64,000 bases of DNA from Podarcis muralis. Its lineage: Eukaryota. The notes beneath the pieces are model-generated. The model was given only the letters and a program-made list of their open reading frames with translations, was not told the DNA's origin and did not search any database. Where the stretch lies: positions 45,322,001 through 45,386,000 of the forward strand of contig NC_135661.1 of assembly GCF_964188315.1 (NCBI RefSeq). The letters are read 5' to 3'. Numbering within the stretch: the first letter of the stretch is position 1; each line of letters opens with the position of its first letter. A program made the position numbers and the translations under genes. This document shows positions 62,201 through 64,000 of this stretch, piece by piece.

Positions 62201-62383
62201 GCTACTCTCTTATGCTACATTCCTGGTCCTCACCTTGCTTTTTGGTGCATCCAGGTCTAGGGTAGTAGCAAAGACCCACTGAGGTGGAGTTGGCAGCCTC
62301 AGAAACTGCTTCACCAAACCCAGGCCAATTCCCGAATTGGATCCTGTCACCAGAACACTCTGAACAGGGAAATCTGTTGCCAT
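56115..62383 (-). CDS. C-factor/CsgA (sniffer)-like classical short-chain dehydrogenase/reductase; complement(join(56115..56231,56492..56596,57135..57293,58106..58293,60363..60414,62234..62383)), 256 aa
   Basis: MATDFPVQSVLVTGSNSGIGLGLVKQFL (TGxxxGIG) ... LQLDVTD ... LNLLMNNAGI ... VNTIGPL ... IINTSSAAGS ... YRCSKAALNMLTK (YxxxK) ... IHPGWVKT ... GTFVDWEGRRVPW*. 771 nt, phases 0,1,0,0,0, no stops or frameshifts. Confidence 0.92.
56492..56596 (-). CDS. SDR exon 5
   Basis: AALNMLTKCQSLTYPAYGILCVCIHPGWVKTQLNS; 105 nt. Confidence 0.93.
57135..57293 (-). CDS. SDR exon 4 (catalytic Ser and YxxxK)
   Basis: AFLPLLKMAAQ...KAAIINTSS...YRCSK; 159 nt. Confidence 0.93.
58106..58293 (-). CDS. SDR exon 3 (NNAG motif)
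   Basis: (D)VTDLQSIKAAVEQV...LNLLMNNAGI...NTIGPLQVSQ|gtaagt; 188 nt. Confidence 0.93.
58499..59475 (+). mobile_element. RTE-BovB LINE, 5'-truncated 3' fragment in SDR intron 2
   Basis: Degenerate RT C-terminus (MATGPITSWQIEGEEMEAVRDFTFLGSMI...EIKRRLLLGRKAMTNLDSILKSRDIT...LKLRLQYFG...WRALVHGVTKSR), typical of BovB ORFs; ends in GACTAAACAACAAC. Confidence 0.92.
60363..60414 (-). CDS. SDR exon 2
   Basis: tttcttttttgacag|EIKELACQHQNLVVLQL G|gtaagt; 52 nt. Confidence 0.9.
60590..60770. mobile_element. hAT-type MITE in SDR intron 1
   Basis: TIR CAGCGCTTTTT / AAAAAGCACTG; 8-bp TSD TTAATAGG / TTAACAGG. Confidence 0.75.
61229..61862 (-). mobile_element. Probable solo LTR (Gypsy-like) in SDR intron 1
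   Basis: TG...CA ends (minus strand starts TGTCAGGGAAC), GA-rich U3-like region, minus-strand AATAAA at 61285-61290. TSD not clean; left end uncertain (61229 or 61250). Confidence 0.55.
62234..62383 (-). CDS. SDR exon 1 (cofactor-binding motif)
   Basis: 50 codons; donor AAG|gtgagg. Confidence 0.9.
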
Positions 62384-62459
62384 CCCCTTGGAGCTGCAGC
62401 CTTTGGCTTCTATGCTTGTAACACTTGCTTCAAAGAATGTCGGGTCGTCACATGAGATG

Positions 62460-62467
62460 CTTTTATG
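62460..62467 (-). promoter_or_regulatory. TATA-like element upstream of the SDR gene
   Basis: CATAAAAG on the minus strand about 77 nt upstream of the ATG; no CpG island here. Confidence 0.35.
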
Positions 62468-63371
62468 GGAAGTAGGCACCTCCTTTAATCTTCAGATAAT
62501 CTTATGCTGGATGCTACACCTCATTTGCTGACTAGCTCGTTGGCCATCTCTCTTTTTTAACAACAACAACAACATCATTAGCGAAAAATGAAGAAGTATT
62601 ATGACATTATGGTATAGAGGACAGACAGTTCCAAATTAAAATCTTCAGTCAATCTCTCAGCCTGTTTGGCTTTGCAGGGTTGTTATGAAAATTTAAAAAT
62701 GGGGTGAAGCAAATCACTATGTATCCTGAGTTCATTAGTGAAAAAGTACTAAAAAAGCATACCGTGTCACTAGGGAATATTATAACCAGGATGTAAAAAC
62801 TAACCAGAGGGGGAATGGCATAAGCAGTGGCATAGGAAGGTGGGTGTGGTGGGTGTGGGCCACCTCGTGTGTCATCGCCGAGGGGGAGGTGACAAAATGG
62901 CAAAAATGTGAGTTTTAAAAACATGGCTGGGGGCAAACAGGCGCCCCCCACAGCTGACTCCATCATCAGAGCCTGGCTCCGCTCCAGAAGGTGCTGTGGC
63001 TTGGCTGTAGCACTTGTGCCTGGCGCAGCTCCGCCCTGAATCAGGGGAGGCGAGTGGACGGCAGCGCTGCTGCTCACCTTCCTCGCTGCTGCACGCCCAG
63101 CAGCTCTCCTGACCCAGCAGTAGAGAGCAGCCCTCCTCAGCTGTGGCAAGCTGCACCTGGCTTCAGCAGCTCCATTGCCAGGTCAGATTTGACCCAGTAG
63201 CAGATAGCAGGAGGGTCAGCGGCAATGCTGCCACCCACCCTCCTTGACGTGGCGCCTTGCGCCCAGCTGCAGTAGCTCCGTCACCGGGTCATGTCTGACC
63301 TGGTAGCAGAGAGCAGGGGGAGCGTGAACAGCAGCTTCCCTGCCCCTCTCCTACCCCGAACTGTGGCACGT

Positions 63372-63625
63372 GAGAAGAAGAAGAGGAGTTTGGATTTGAT
63401 ATCCCGCTTTATCACTACCCGAAGGAGTCTCACAGCAGCTAACATTCTCCTTTCCCTTCCTCCCCCACAACAAACACTCTGTGAGGTGAGTGAGGCTGAG
63501 AGACTTCAAAGAAGTGTGACTGGCCCAAGGTCACCCAGCAGCTGCATGTGGAGGAGCGGAGACACGAACCCGGTTCCCCAGATTACGAGTCTACCGCTCT
63601 TAACCACTTCACCACACTGGCTCCC
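63372..63625 (-). mobile_element. tRNA-derived squamate SINE (Squam3/CORE-like)
   Basis: (GAA)n tail on the plus strand, CCCAAGGTCACCCAG core, tRNA-like head at the right end. Confidence 0.8.
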
Positions 63626-64000
63626 CTTTGAAGGCACCCTTCACGCTCCGCCCTCCTCGGGCACACCCCATGCACCCACCCAGGGCAGCACGGGCACCGC
63701 TGGGCAGAAGAGGCCCTCAATACTCTCTCTGACCACACCCGTCTCTAACTCTTCTTCACAACCTCCTCAAGAGCTTTTTCGTGGCTGAAACATGTCCTTG
63801 AGCAGTGATGATAGGTCCCCCTTGCTTGGACAGAGGAAGTGTGTGTTACGTGAATCCCAATCTCAGACCAGTGAGAGACTTCATGGCAGGTGCGCCATCC
63901 TTGTGGGGTCATGGGCAGGCTCCAATGGACCCTACACTGGGCCCAAAGGGAACCCAGCACACCTGGGTCATGGGTGCTATTGCTTCCCTTGGGCTCAGTT

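Noticed and set aside
56115-62383. Bacterial contamination or recent horizontal transfer of csgA
   Set aside because: Six exons with canonical GT-AG introns full of lizard repeats indicate a native vertebrate gene.

Overview
Vertebrate genomic DNA, very probably from a lacertid lizard (Sauria SINEs with ACCTTT tails, an RTE-BovB fragment, squamate-type SINEs and MITEs). It is the block syntenic with human 16q22.1. Five spliced, intact protein-coding genes were reconstructed by hand with phase-consistent GT-AG junctions: PARD6A (+, 3 exons, 359 aa), ENKD1 (-, 7 coding exons, 370 aa), a C16orf86 orthologue (+, 5 coding exons, about 266 aa, fast-evolving), GFOD2 (-, 2 coding exons, 385 aa) and a C-factor/CsgA(sniffer)-like short-chain dehydrogenase/reductase (-, 6 exons, 256 aa) of a type I recall in birds and reptiles but not at this locus in human. 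There are three CpG islands (about 10.5-11.7, 37.7-38.3 and 52.8-53.7 kb). The rest is intronic or intergenic DNA with many SINEs, LINE fragments, Tigger/hAT/Harbinger MITEs and a probable solo LTR. I found no convincing wholly new system. The best leads are: the SDR has lost both NADP-selecting arginines; no ACD/TPP1 coding sequence is recognisable where synteny predicts it, and a candidate spliced divergent transcript sits there instead; the C16orf86 gene has alternative and extra exon structure; there are upstream ATGs or uORFs in PARD6A and GFOD2; and a CpG-preserved SINE lies in the GFOD2 promoter. Orthology and repeat-family names come from recalled sequences, not database searches.
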